64,000 nt of DNA, from NCBI GenBank assembly GCA_964594215.1, contig CAZQLN010000005.1, positions 2,475 to 66,474 on the forward strand, given 5' to 3'. Under the pieces are notes generated by a model, which was not told where the DNA came from, ran no database searches, and saw only the letters and a program-made list of their open reading frames with translations. How positions within the stretch are numbered: the first letter of the stretch is position 1; each line of letters opens with the position of its first letter. Made by a program: the position numbers and the translations under genes. Shown here one piece after another: positions 38,300-47,320 of this stretch. Source of the DNA: an uncultured Bdellovibrionales bacterium. GTDB lineage: Bacteria; Patescibacteriota; Minisyncoccia; Moranbacterales; UBA1568.

Positions 38300-41200
38300 A
38301 GATGTTCGTCTGCTCCACAGAAGACTCATGCCAGCACCAAGAAGGACAAGAGCTAAGAGGAGAATCCAACTATTCGCTCCAGTAGCTGGAAGACCTGTGG
38401 AGGCTCCTAAGACCCTGGTTTTACGCTCAGTATCGCGGTCTATCTCTTTCTTATTATCTGTATCGATGTTAGCGATTGGATCAACTACTGGCGTAGCTAC
38501 AGCTACCTGAGTTCCCACGAAACCAGTTGGATCATTAGCTAGAACATCACCACCACCCTGTGCATTACCTCGAGCATAGGCAAGATCTTCATAGAGCCCA
38601 TCGTCCTGAGAATCAGATATTCTAGCCTGATACTTGAGAGTTACCGTTTCACCTGGAACAAGGTTACCGACACTCCACACACCTGGTGAAGCATACTCAT
38701 GAGAAAGCTCAAGAGGTCCATCATGAGATCCTCCAAGGCTAGAGGTGGCTTCTGCACTGCCTGGCACATACTCAAAGCCCTTTGGTGGAAGATCGGTTAC
38801 CTCTGTATCAAGAACTGTATTTTCTTCTGCTTCCACGGTAAGCGTATAGATTACAAAGTCACCTGGAGCTTGAGTATCAATAACGTCAACACTCTTAGTC
38901 AGTCTTAGTACTGGAGTAATATTATGATTACCGAAAGTACAATTAAGTTCTTCGCCTGGCTCAAGGGTTGTACCTGGAACATCTACTGCAATTAATCGAT
39001 TTAATTGAAGTTCATTATTATCCGTAAGAATCTCTTCAATTTGCGTTCCACAAGTATTGAGAGTTTGTTCCCAACCCTCTTGGAGAACCTCTCGAACTAC
39101 ATAGTTACCAGGAATAAGATCCGTGAAGGTATAGGTGCCGTCCTCACCCGTAACTCCTGATGGCTCACCTTCGTCTAGACTGCCGTTATTGTTCAGATCA
39201 AGATATAAAGTCCAGCCAGCAAGCCCTGGTTCACCCTCATCTTGTTTGCCATTACCATCAGCATCAGAGAATTTATAGCCAGTAATGGTTCCTGTTTTTG
39301 CCACGTTCCAAGCAACACAGTAATAGGTATTACCGTTTTGTGGATTACCTACCCAATCCCAGTTGTCATAATTGACTACATCATTGTGACAATAAATTTC
39401 AGCACTCACCGGATTGGCATTGTTCTCTCCACCAGGAAGATTAAAGGTAAATGGAATGAAGCTATCCTTGTAGACTTCACGGAACCAAAGTTTTGGTGAG
39501 TTATCAGAATTTGGAATATCCATAGTCACCTGACCGCTGCCATTAGTGAAGTCTGAAGTGGTCCAACCAGCTCCCCCTAAAGCAACATTGTCTCCCTGAT
39601 GTGGCGTGCCATCATAACTCCACTGGAACTGCCAATCTGGTGCTAGACTACAACTTTTGTGGGTTTCTACCCAGTCAGCTGCTGTAGTGGCTGTAATATC
39701 TGGTCCTCCCTCTCCATAATTAGGAAGGTCAGCTTCGTTGGTACAGACGATTTTGGTAGCTACTACATGGACTGGTGGCTTATCATTATTAGTGATGGTA
39801 CAGGTGCCTACTCCTCCAGATGGAACAACCACTTCGCTACAATTATTAGACTCACCAGACTGATAAGTCGTATCATAGAGTGAATCAGCTACTTCGGTCA
39901 CGTTATACGTACCAGGAGTGACTTCTATCTCATTGACACCATCTTCATTAAAGGCAACTGCTTCAGCACCATCAATTTGGAAAGAAAAATCCTGAACTCC
40001 CTTTTGTTGGCCACTATCATTAACAAGATTCTTTACAATTCTTAGTGTGCCTTTCTTAGGGGCGTTCCAAGCAACACAATAATATGTCAAATTATCGTCA
40101 CTTGCATCAATAAAATCATAGTTATCGTAGTTCACTACGTCATTATGACAATACATTTCAGCACTCACGTCATTGCTATTTGGGTTTTCACTATCCTGTC
40201 CATACGTGAAAGGAATATAATTGTCATTCCATACTTCACGTACCCACACTAAAGAAGAGCTTTTCAGATCAACCTCAGCACTTGTCTCTCCATTGATACC
40301 TGTTGGTCCAAAAGTGTGCCAATCGCTGCTTGCCGACTCTCCCGTATTGTCACCGGGATTATTCGTACTATAGTAAGACCATTGGAATTGCCAATCTGAT
40401 TTGAAACTACAACTCTCATGAGTGTTTACCCAATCAATAGCAGTGGTCTTTGTAATGTCTGGCCCTCCGATTTCTCCGTAATTTGGAAGATCAGCCTCAT
40501 CGGTACATACAATTTTCGTGGCAACAATTTTAGCTACTTCTTGATTTTTAAATACACATCTCACTGTCTTACCTGACTCTACTTTAATAGCATTAGGTGA
40601 ACTCTCACCATCACAAACTACGCTCTCCAAGCGCCAGTCTGCTTGAGGCAACTCTTCTACTGAGTAGGTTCCCGGTGCCAAATCAAAACTAAGAGAATCA
40701 TTATCTGCTAATGAGAAATTCTCTCCCCAACTCGGACTAAAAGAAAACTCGTCTTGACTACCGTCTGGATCCGTCTGCTTTTCGATAGTGATCTTGCCCT
40801 TCTCTGGAGCGTTCCAAGCAACACAGTAATAGGTATTACCGTTTTGTGGATTACCTACCCAATCCCAGTTGTCATAATTGACTACATCATTGTGACAATA
40901 AATTTCAGCACTCACCGGATTGGCATTGTTCTCTCCACCAGGAAGATTAAAGGTAAATGGAATGAAGCTATCCTTGTAGACTTCACGGAACCAAAGTTTT
41001 GGTGAGTTATCAGAATTTGGAATATCCATAGTCACCTGACCGCTGCCATTAGTGAAGTCTGAAGTGGTCCAACCAGCTCCCCCTAAAGCAACATTGTCTC
41101 CCTGATGTGGCGTGCCATCATAACTCCACTGGAACTGCCAATCTGGTGCTAGACTACAACTTTTGTGGGTTTCTACCCAGTCAGCTGCTGTAGTGGCTGT

Positions 41201-43288
41201 AATATCTGGTCCTCCCTCTCCATAATTAGGAAGGTCAGCTTCGTTGGTACAGACGATTTTGGTAGCTACTACATGGACTGGATTGATTCGATTAGTGATA
41301 GTACAAGTCTCTTCTTCAAGAGCAGGTATAGTCAAATTGGTACAATTATCATAACTTGTTTCGTAGCCAGGAGCAGCAACTTCCGTAACAGTGTAAGTAC
41401 CGCCCGCTGGTACCTCTATATCGTTCTGGCCATCGACTGCGTCAAAGGCGGTCGTCTCTCCATCATTTACTTGGAAAGAAAAATCCTGAAATTGTTTAGA
41501 ACCAAGATTACCATTCTCAATAACCTTTTTGACATGGAGAATTCCGGGTTTTTGGACATTGGTAAAAGTACATGTAATATGTTCTCCCGAGTGGAGATTG
41601 AAGGATACCGTATTTCCTTCTTTTAGACCCAGAGAGGCTTCTCCGTTATCACAACTTAGTGTCTCTAATTGCCAAGATGCCACTTCTTCCTCAGAAATTG
41701 AATACTCTCCAGGAAAAAGATTCTGAAAACTCTTAGTGTTAGAAAGTTGATTTTGATTATCTCCATCATCATCAAGCGTAAATACTCCTTGCTCGTGACC
41801 AGTTATCGTAAAATTAAAATCTTGCGTACTATCAGGCTGTGCATCTTTAATAACGGTTATAGAACCCTTACTTACAGCATTACTAAAGGTGCAGACTGTG
41901 GTACTACCAGCAGAAACCGTAGCTACTGCACTCAGTGTATTTTCTACTTGGGTACAATTAGTTACCTGTGAAAGGTTGTATCCATTTGGACCACTTTCTG
42001 TCACTGTATGTTGACCTAAGCTCACTTGGCCAAAATCTACTTCACCACTACTGTTAGCTTGAATAGGGACTCCATTATCAAGCTGGAAACTCCACTGAGT
42101 CAAGAGCGATTGATCATCCACTATCTTTATTGCCTTTAAGCCGCCCTGAGCCACACACTTATTCTTCAAGATAGCCTCACCTTCTGTGGTCCAGTTTTTA
42201 CCAGGAAAACTTCCCCCGTAATAATTAAATGGTGGAATAATATCAGCATCATGCTGATCATTGTGTCCATTTAAGGCACCGTCATCATCAGTGGTAATCT
42301 CATTATAACCATTGGCTGCAGTGTCAGGAGGCGTAGCATGACAAAGTGTCACTGGAACATGCTCTACTTCATCCTTTTTAAATGAAACAAATACTGTGAA
42401 ATGGTCTAAATTTGAAGCTTCTACACTATCTTTGTCGTTAGAAATATCTTTCTTTTCAACACTTTTAAGATCCCCTCTCTCTAAATTTTTTCCCTTTATC
42501 TCATCTACTTCTTTTTCTATGTATGCAATACCAACATTTTTACCATCTTCTTTTGGAAGAGAAAGGTTGTACTTGAAATCACCATTTTTCATCCCATCTG
42601 TAGTAATGTCATAGGCATAAGGAGAAGCGCTCACCATACCTTGGGGCAACTTGATATCTTCCACATTAATTTGCTCTATCTTCAGATGAGCAAGCCTGCT
42701 TTCATCAGCTGGAAGACACTTAAAAGTGACTGTCACGTCTTTGTTATCTGGGAAAGTATATTCTACTCCAAGTTTCACATTTTCCTTTGTTTCAGCCTTT
42801 TTCCCATCATCACTGATATTCCAATCAGCATCCGTGGTCTTGGTGACTTGTTCAGTACTGGCACAAATTTCTCCATCAAGAGAATCCTGAGAAGAGCCTT
42901 CTTCGACAGCCTTCTTATCTTCTTCAGCGGTAGCTTGCTCACTATCATTAGGAGGGGTGACTTCTTCAGATGGTTCAGAGATAGCTGGGGTCTCCTCTGG
43001 GGTGACAGGGGCAACCTCCGCAGCTGGAGACACTTCTTCAGATGGAGTTTCTTCTGGTACTACTTCTTCTTCTTTAGGTGTAGCTTCTTCCTCTGGAGCC
43101 GGCGCTGGTTCTTCAGTCGGTTCAGTCTCTTGTGCTACTACCTTGGTTGGTACAGAAAAAGCAAACGCCCCAAGTAAAATTGGAGCAGCCATCGGTTGCA
43201 TGATTAAAGAGAGAACAACGCTGAATGAAAAAGTTTTTTGGAGACAAGGCAGCACACCCTTCCTTATCACCCTTCGGAATGAGTTCAT
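37319..43288 (-). CDS. giant repetitive LPXTG cell-surface adhesin, continuous in frame with a downstream secreted protein (1989-aa ORF)
   Basis: Signal peptide, acidic Pro/Glu-rich stalk. Multiple prealbumin/CnaB-like and SdrD-B-like (DADGNGKQDEGE) domains. Three copies of an about 157-aa domain. A DUF11-like domain. LPATG sorting signal at 38378-38392, then hydrophobic segment and RRTS. The ORF does not stop there. Confidence 0.8.
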   Translation of the reverse strand: MNSFRRVIRKGVLPCLQKTFSFSVVLSLIMQPMAAPILLGAFAFSVPTKVVAQETEPTEEPAPAPEEEATPKEEEVVPEETPSEEVSPAAEVAPVTPEETPAISEPSEEVTPPNDSEQATAEEDKKAVEEGSSQDSLDGEICASTEQVTKTTDADWNISDDGKKAETKENVKLGVEYTFPDNKDVTVTFKCLPADESRLAHLKIEQINVEDIKLPQGMVSASPYAYDITTDGMKNGDFKYNLSLPKEDGKNVGIAYIEKEVDEIKGKNLERGDLKSVEKKDISNDKDSVEASNLDHFTVFVSFKKDEVEHVPVTLCHATPPDTAANGYNEITTDDDGALNGHNDQHDADIIPPFNYYGGSFPGKNWTTEGEAILKNKCVAQGGLKAIKIVDDQSLLTQWSFQLDNGVPIQANSSGEVDFGQVSLGQHTVTESGPNGYNLSQVTNCTQVENTLSAVATVSAGSTTVCTFSNAVSKGSITVIKDAQPDSTQDFNFTITGHEQGVFTLDDDGDNQNQLSNTKSFQNLFPGEYSISEEEVASWQLETLSCDNGEASLGLKEGNTVSFNLHSGEHITCTFTNVQKPGILHVKKVIENGNLGSKQFQDFSFQVNDGETTAFDAVDGQNDIEVPAGGTYTVTEVAAPGYETSYDNCTNLTIPALEEETCTITNRINPVHVVATKIVCTNEADLPNYGEGGPDITATTAADWVETHKSCSLAPDWQFQWSYDGTPHQGDNVALGGAGWTTSDFTNGSGQVTMDIPNSDNSPKLWFREVYKDSFIPFTFNLPGGENNANPVSAEIYCHNDVVNYDNWDWVGNPQNGNTYYCVAWNAPEKGKITIEKQTDPDGSQDEFSFSPSWGENFSLADNDSLSFDLAPGTYSVEELPQADWRLESVVCDGESSPNAIKVESGKTVRCVFKNQEVAKIVATKIVCTDEADLPNYGEIGGPDITKTTAIDWVNTHESCSFKSDWQFQWSYYSTNNPGDNTGESASSDWHTFGPTGINGETSAEVDLKSSSLVWVREVWNDNYIPFTYGQDSENPNSNDVSAEMYCHNDVVNYDNYDFIDASDDNLTYYCVAWNAPKKGTLRIVKNLVNDSGQQKGVQDFSFQIDGAEAVAFNEDGVNEIEVTPGTYNVTEVADSLYDTTYQSGESNNCSEVVVPSGGVGTCTITNNDKPPVHVVATKIVCTNEADLPNYGEGGPDITATTAADWVETHKSCSLAPDWQFQWSYDGTPHQGDNVALGGAGWTTSDFTNGSGQVTMDIPNSDNSPKLWFREVYKDSFIPFTFNLPGGENNANPVSAEIYCHNDVVNYDNWDWVGNPQNGNTYYCVAWNVAKTGTITGYKFSDADGNGKQDEGEPGLAGWTLYLDLNNNGSLDEGEPSGVTGEDGTYTFTDLIPGNYVVREVLQEGWEQTLNTCGTQIEEILTDNNELQLNRLIAVDVPGTTLEPGEELNCTFGNHNITPVLRLTKSVDVIDTQAPGDFVIYTLTVEAEENTVLDTEVTDLPPKGFEYVPGSAEATSSLGGSHDGPLELSHEYASPGVWSVGNLVPGETVTLKYQARISDSQDDGLYEDLAYARGNAQGGGDVLANDPTGFVGTQVAVATPVVDPIANIDTDNKKEIDRDTERKTRVLGASTGLPATGANSWILLLALVLLGAGMSLLWSRRTSMKMLFLGALLAGATFLGSHQVMAAGPGLALEIEKPDAFVTTPNFKIGFVALDTEGRAVTVRCYETTGGLFQTIPLIDGGSSGDCQVNSGVMPTDGNYSFYVTAEAEGDLPIQSETVNVAFDGTFPGTPYNYDRDEATCDDKITFTTANDGQTVKVELYRSTAKDFVADTPITTLDIGPNQNGYISTTPPDCNEDYWYALRALDANGNASGFVADRAVNTDTIHKTKTKTTTVSGQSGNGGGSGAIPVAGGGTGEGQGGTVEGATTEGAGDQGVLGEMTKDESQDQAGISNWAQNNKGSIFLILLIIGGILYYFFYVRPKSILTKND
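39304..39775. repeat. 472-bp perfect intragenic direct repeat, copy B, inside the adhesin gene
   Basis: Identical at nucleotide level to 40810-41281 (offset 1506 bp). Encodes an about 157-aa domain (VHVVATKIVCTNEADLPNYGEGGPDITATTAADW...YYCVAWN). A diverged third copy lies between them. Confidence 0.85.
40810..41281. repeat. 472-bp perfect intragenic direct repeat, copy A
   Basis: Identical to 39304-39775. Confirmed both by duplicated antisense ORF peptides in the track and by direct nucleotide comparison of the junctions. Confidence 0.85.
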
Positions 43289-43516
43289 ACGAGACGTATT
43301 AAAAAAATAAACTTATAAATGGTAACTTATAATAAATGTGATCGATACTCCTATAATCTGCTACTCTGAATTCTTTATCTAAATACCTTCCTTTTGTTAT
43401 TTTTTTGTCTTCACCCTGCCGTATGACAAAAGCCTAGAGACTTTCCCCATTGATATCTAAAGCCTATTCCTGTGTCAATCAGCTGTCAAGAGCCAAAAAG
43501 ATTCGGCTTCATACTG

Positions 43517-43546
43517 AAAAACCCGCCTTTTAAGCGGGTTTTTATC
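43517..43546. terminator. bidirectional intrinsic terminator
   Basis: AAAAACCCGCcttttaaGCGGGTTTTTA hairpin with flanking A- and T-runs, downstream of the CAP-domain gene. Confidence 0.7.
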
Positions 43547-43567
43547 ATCTCTTTTTTTATTGTGGCT

Positions 43568-44488
43568 TTATAGAGCCTTCGGATGATGAATATCGAAAGC
43601 ATGAATACCTACAAAGGTATCTTCAAAGATAAAAATGGGTTCAATTTTAGTCTTTACCCTTCCAGAAATAGTCCATAGTTTCTGTGTGGCTCGGTAAAGA
43701 AATGGCATAGCTGCGGCAAAGATGATTATTTGAAGTATAATCAGGGTTAACACTATATAGAGATCCAGCTTATTCTGGGTTTTCGGTGAGGTTTTTTCAC
43801 TAACCACTACTGGTTCGAGGCGAGGACTTGGTGAATCTACAATAGCCACTTGAACTTCTTTTGGTTCCCCTACTACCACTTGCTTCAGTTCTTGTTCTAC
43901 TCCCTTTACATCAGCTACCAACACTTCCTTACTTGGAAGATACTCTCTTGGTTTACTTACGACTGGAGCAACCTTGGGGCTAGCGAAGACCTGTACTGTC
44001 ACCAGCGCTTCTTTACCATCAATTTCACCAGACACTACTGCTACTCCTATTTCTTGATACTTATCACTTAGGATATTCGCTCGATGAGTAGCGCTTTTCA
44101 TCCAAGCCTTGTGTTGACTCTCAGCACTCTCATAATTGATCGCCAGATTCTCACCAGCAAAACCATACTGATAACCCGTTTGCTTAATCCAGTGCCACGG
44201 AGTTACTCCTTTGGGTGAAGTATGGGCAAAGTAATTGTTCTTAAACATGTCTTTCGCCTTGGCTTCTGCTGCCTGCGTTAGTTGGTCGTTTTGCTTCAGT
44301 GCAGATAGACCAGCTTGTTTACGAGATTCGTTGGTAAGACGGAGTACTGATCCAGAGCTGACACCAGCTGCCTGAACTAGAGAAGTTGCTCCACCAGATA
44401 CCAACAACGCCAAAAACAAAACCATAAAAGCCTTCTGTAAAAGAGCTTTTTGAATAGTTTTTGTATTTTTTTGGCTTACTTGAAGCAT
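43568..44488 (-). CDS. secreted CAP/SCP/PR-1 (YkwD-like) domain protein with C-terminal transmembrane anchor
   Basis: Signal peptide. CAP core (LRLTNESRKQAGLSALKQND...YFAHTSPKG...GENLA...KAWMKSATHRANIL). C-terminal hydrophobic helix. Confidence 0.75.
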   Translation of the reverse strand: MLQVSQKNTKTIQKALLQKAFMVLFLALLVSGGATSLVQAAGVSSGSVLRLTNESRKQAGLSALKQNDQLTQAAEAKAKDMFKNNYFAHTSPKGVTPWHWIKQTGYQYGFAGENLAINYESAESQHKAWMKSATHRANILSDKYQEIGVAVVSGEIDGKEALVTVQVFASPKVAPVVSKPREYLPSKEVLVADVKGVEQELKQVVVGEPKEVQVAIVDSPSPRLEPVVVSEKTSPKTQNKLDLYIVLTLIILQIIIFAAAMPFLYRATQKLWTISGRVKTKIEPIFIFEDTFVGIHAFDIHHPKAL

Positions 44489-44603
44489 ATTTTTGGATAA
44501 AAAAACAAAACGGGGTTCACCCGTTTTGCCCTTTCTGGACGCTTTTTGAGTCCATTACCTATCCATTATAGCACCTTTTTTTGCTTTTGTAAAGGGAAAT
44601 TGC

Positions 44604-45248
44604 CTAGTTTTTGACCTGATCAGCATAGTAGCCTACATCACTGATCCATTTATCGACACTCTCTGGATTCTGGGCATCACAACTGTACCCACATTTCCAT
44701 ACCACCATCTCTTCTGCGGTATCCCGATTGTATTCCTTCATCAAAGTATCGATGCGTTTAGAGATTACTCGCACTGCCTCTTTTTTACTACCAAAACAAC
44801 CATGACCCATAGCAATACCCCGACTTCCCTCACCACGATATCCCCAATAGTTATAACAATCCTCACCATTTTCGGTGACCGGAACATGCTTACCCCAATT
44901 GCTTTCTTTTTTGGCTATCCCGATAATGAAAGCAGCTGTATTGCGATCATGTTTCACAATATACGGCAACATATCTTCGATTGGATAACCGGCAACCATT
45001 TTGGCTACATCATGCTCTAAACGCATTTCAGAAAGAGGTATAGTCTCAACCGGAAGAGTGATAGCCTCTACCCGATTAGCACTAGCCATTAATAATCCTG
45101 AGACGAGAAGAGCTACTCCAAGAAAAGCACCATAAAAAATATCTCCCGAAAGACGTACCTGGGTTAAATCGGGTAATCTCCCTAACAGAGAGGGGCTATC
45201 TTGAGTAGATAAGTTTTGAGTATTGGTGTTGGTATTTTTGACTGACAT
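44604..45248 (-). CDS. membrane-anchored protein, possibly GH73-like N-acetylglucosaminidase / cell-wall hydrolase
   Basis: N-terminal transmembrane helix. IGIAKKESNWGKHVP...NYWGYRG resembles the GH73 motif (ESGWGKS...NNLFGIK). Weak similarity only. Terminator at about 44499-44531. Confidence 0.3.
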   Translation of the reverse strand: MSVKNTNTNTQNLSTQDSPSLLGRLPDLTQVRLSGDIFYGAFLGVALLVSGLLMASANRVEAITLPVETIPLSEMRLEHDVAKMVAGYPIEDMLPYIVKHDRNTAAFIIGIAKKESNWGKHVPVTENGEDCYNYWGYRGEGSRGIAMGHGCFGSKKEAVRVISKRIDTLMKEYNRDTAEEMVVWKCGYSCDAQNPESVDKWISDVGYYADQVKN

Positions 45249-45362
45249 AGCAAGCTTATGGGCTTAAACAAAGAAAAAACGGGAGTCTGGGACACCCGTT
45301 TTTATCTCTTGTACTTCTATTATAGCATGTTTTTTGGCTTATTGCAAGGATTCTTGGACTCT

Positions 45363-46064
45363 TTAGCTAACGGGCAGGCCCAGTTCACGAAGAAATCCTT
45401 TTCGTGCTGGCCCTTTGAGTTCGCGTGATTCACCTTCCTTAAGTGAACCAAGATGGATACTCATAATACGTACTCGAACCAAACGAGTGACATGCACTCC
45501 AACACTTTCAAGCATACGACGCACCTGATGTTTCTTACCTTCAGTTAAAACAATCGACAGGGTCGCAGGATCAAGTACCGTAAGCTTCTTCAGTGTCAGG
45601 CGCTCACCTTCACTTACAATCCCTCGCAACAAAGTATCTTTCATCTGGCCACTCAGAGGCGTGTTGATAGAAACTACATACTCTTTTTCATGAGAAAAAC
45701 GTGGGTGAAGCAGTCGCTCAGTCACTCGACCGTCGTTCGTCAGTACGATGAGACCCTCTGAATCTTTATCTAGTCGCCCCAAAGGGAAAAGGTCTGGATG
45801 ACCAGAGACTGAAGCAATATCTTGCTCTTTCTTTTGTGGTGTATGAGTGATGATACCTCGCGGCTTATAGTAGGCCACATAAACAAAAGCCTTCTTCTCA
45901 CGAAAACCAGCCTCGTGGATTTCAATATCCTCATCAGCATGATTGACTTTATCCCCTACAGAAGCCTTTTTACCATTCAGATAGACGCTTCCGGCCTGGA
46001 TCATCTCATCAGCGGCTCGTCTGGTAGCAATGCCACGCAAAGCCAAAAAACGATTGAGACGCAT
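45363..46064 (-). CDS. rluB: S4-domain pseudouridine synthase, RsuA/RluB family
   Basis: S4 motif MRLNRFLALRGIATRRAADEMI and catalytic GRLDKDSEGLIVLTNDG. Start set at MRLNRF. The track's 64-aa basic N-terminal extension overlaps the upstream SET gene. Terminator at 45274-45304. Confidence 0.8.
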   Translation of the reverse strand: MRLNRFLALRGIATRRAADEMIQAGSVYLNGKKASVGDKVNHADEDIEIHEAGFREKKAFVYVAYYKPRGIITHTPQKKEQDIASVSGHPDLFPLGRLDKDSEGLIVLTNDGRVTERLLHPRFSHEKEYVVSINTPLSGQMKDTLLRGIVSEGERLTLKKLTVLDPATLSIVLTEGKKHQVRRMLESVGVHVTRLVRVRIMSIHLGSLKEGESRELKGPARKGFLRELGLPVS

Positions 46065-46146
46065 CGGGTACTCTTCTTTGGTATTGTTCGTCTTAGCGGG
46101 TTTACCTTGATAATGCCGCGTGTAATTTGGGTTTGGTCCCGAGGCT

Positions 46147-46614
46147 TTAGGCTTTGGTGTTGCTACGCTTCTTTTTGGTTGGCTTGCCCTCTTGGCACTT
46201 GGCACAAAGGCACCCGCCTTTTTGGATGTACTCGCTCTTGAAGTAGTTTTTGCCATAATTGTAAGTCAATTCTTCATCTGGTTTAATGTTCCGCTTAGCA
46301 ACAAGAAAGATTCTTCCCCGTCGATTGATAGCCTCACAGTTTGGTCGACAGCTATGATTGGCGTAGCGCATGGTGTTCCAACGTGGGCTGCCATCGATAT
46401 CAACTCTAGCGCTAACGTTAAAGATATATTTGTTGGTGGCATCGGTCTCTGCTGGAATACGGTGACCGATGTATTCGATAATAGTGGTGTCTCGTTTGAT
46501 GGGAAGGCTGGTGTAGAGGCCAAGACCAGCGCTGCTACGTTTTACTCGAAGTCCAAGAATAGACTGTGGTACGGGATGTTCTCCTTGTTTCATGAAATAT
46601 TTACTACTTAACAA
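46147..46614 (-). CDS. SET-domain protein (putative protein-lysine methyltransferase)
   Basis: RYANHSCRPNCEA (NHSC), ELTYNYG (post-SET Tyr) and C-terminal CLCAKC Cys cluster. Confidence 0.75.
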   Translation of the reverse strand: MLSSKYFMKQGEHPVPQSILGLRVKRSSAGLGLYTSLPIKRDTTIIEYIGHRIPAETDATNKYIFNVSARVDIDGSPRWNTMRYANHSCRPNCEAINRRGRIFLVAKRNIKPDEELTYNYGKNYFKSEYIQKGGCLCAKCQEGKPTKKKRSNTKA

Positions 46615-47320
46615 TTAATTTGCGATCACGCTCGGTAATAGACTGGTTACGATGTACCAACTCATCATTTCTGATAGAGAGAAAAAGTTCATACTCATTT
46701 TTGGCGTGTCTCCCATAGAATTCAAGAAAGGCTGACTGAACCGGAGCTACCTTAAGACGTTCTCCTTCCTTATCGAGGAAATACTGATACTGATCAAAGG
46801 CATGGCTTTCGAAAAGATAATTAAGTTCGTAAGCACTGCGTCGATGAAGCATAAACAGAAGGAAAATGGCCAGTGAATATATCAGGGAAAAAACTACTGG
46901 TATCGCTGTGTAACGCCAAAAACCACCCTCTTGATATTTTTTGGCGAGACCGGCCATCAAGACTACGTGCATAGTTTCATTATCCTGTGCAACCCTGGTG
47001 AAATATGAGGCTTCTGAAAGTCTCAAAGCTTTTTGTTCGTCAGCAAAGAAAAAAGTGAGCAACATGTAGGTGGCCAACTCCCAAGACTGGTAGGGTATGC
47101 GAGCTACAATCTCAAGAGCTTTGAACTTCCCATATGATGGTTTACTGCCGTACAAGATGTTGCCCGTAGTCACCAAAATGGTACCCAGAAAACGCGGCAA
47201 AACTCCCACCGCAACATGTGAACCATTGCTGCGGTAGGTTTCAAAGGTTTCTGTTTCAAAAAGAGCTTGTACAAGCTCTTCGTGCTTCTGTTGGTAGGTC
47301 ATCTGTGTATCAAATATCAA
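46604..47320 (-). CDS. alternative-oxidase-like diiron carboxylate protein (AOX/PTOX family)
   Basis: The four AOX iron-ligand motifs are present in order: LEIVA, NETMHV (NERMH-like), FLEFYG, RNDELVHR (RADExHHR-like). Hydrophobic membrane-association helix between them. Confidence 0.55.
   Translation of the reverse strand: MIFDTQMTYQQKHEELVQALFETETFETYRSNGSHVAVGVLPRFLGTILVTTGNILYGSKPSYGKFKALEIVARIPYQSWELATYMLLTFFFADEQKALRLSEASYFTRVAQDNETMHVVLMAGLAKKYQEGGFWRYTAIPVVFSLIYSLAIFLLFMLHRRSAYELNYLFESHAFDQYQYFLDKEGERLKVAPVQSAFLEFYGRHAKNEYELFLSIRNDELVHRNQSITERDRKLIVK

Noticed and set aside
37631-43310. Numerous plus-strand ORFs (for example 39242..39499, 41165..41626, 42641..43177) within the adhesin locus
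   Set aside because: They are antisense or embedded in a continuous 1989-aa minus ORF with coherent domain structure. The duplicated peptides simply reflect the 472-bp nucleotide repeat.
46065-46256. 64-aa basic N-terminal extension of the pseudouridine synthase
   Set aside because: It overlaps the SET-domain gene in another frame. RsuA/RluB proteins canonically begin with the S4 motif MRLN..., which is present at 46064.
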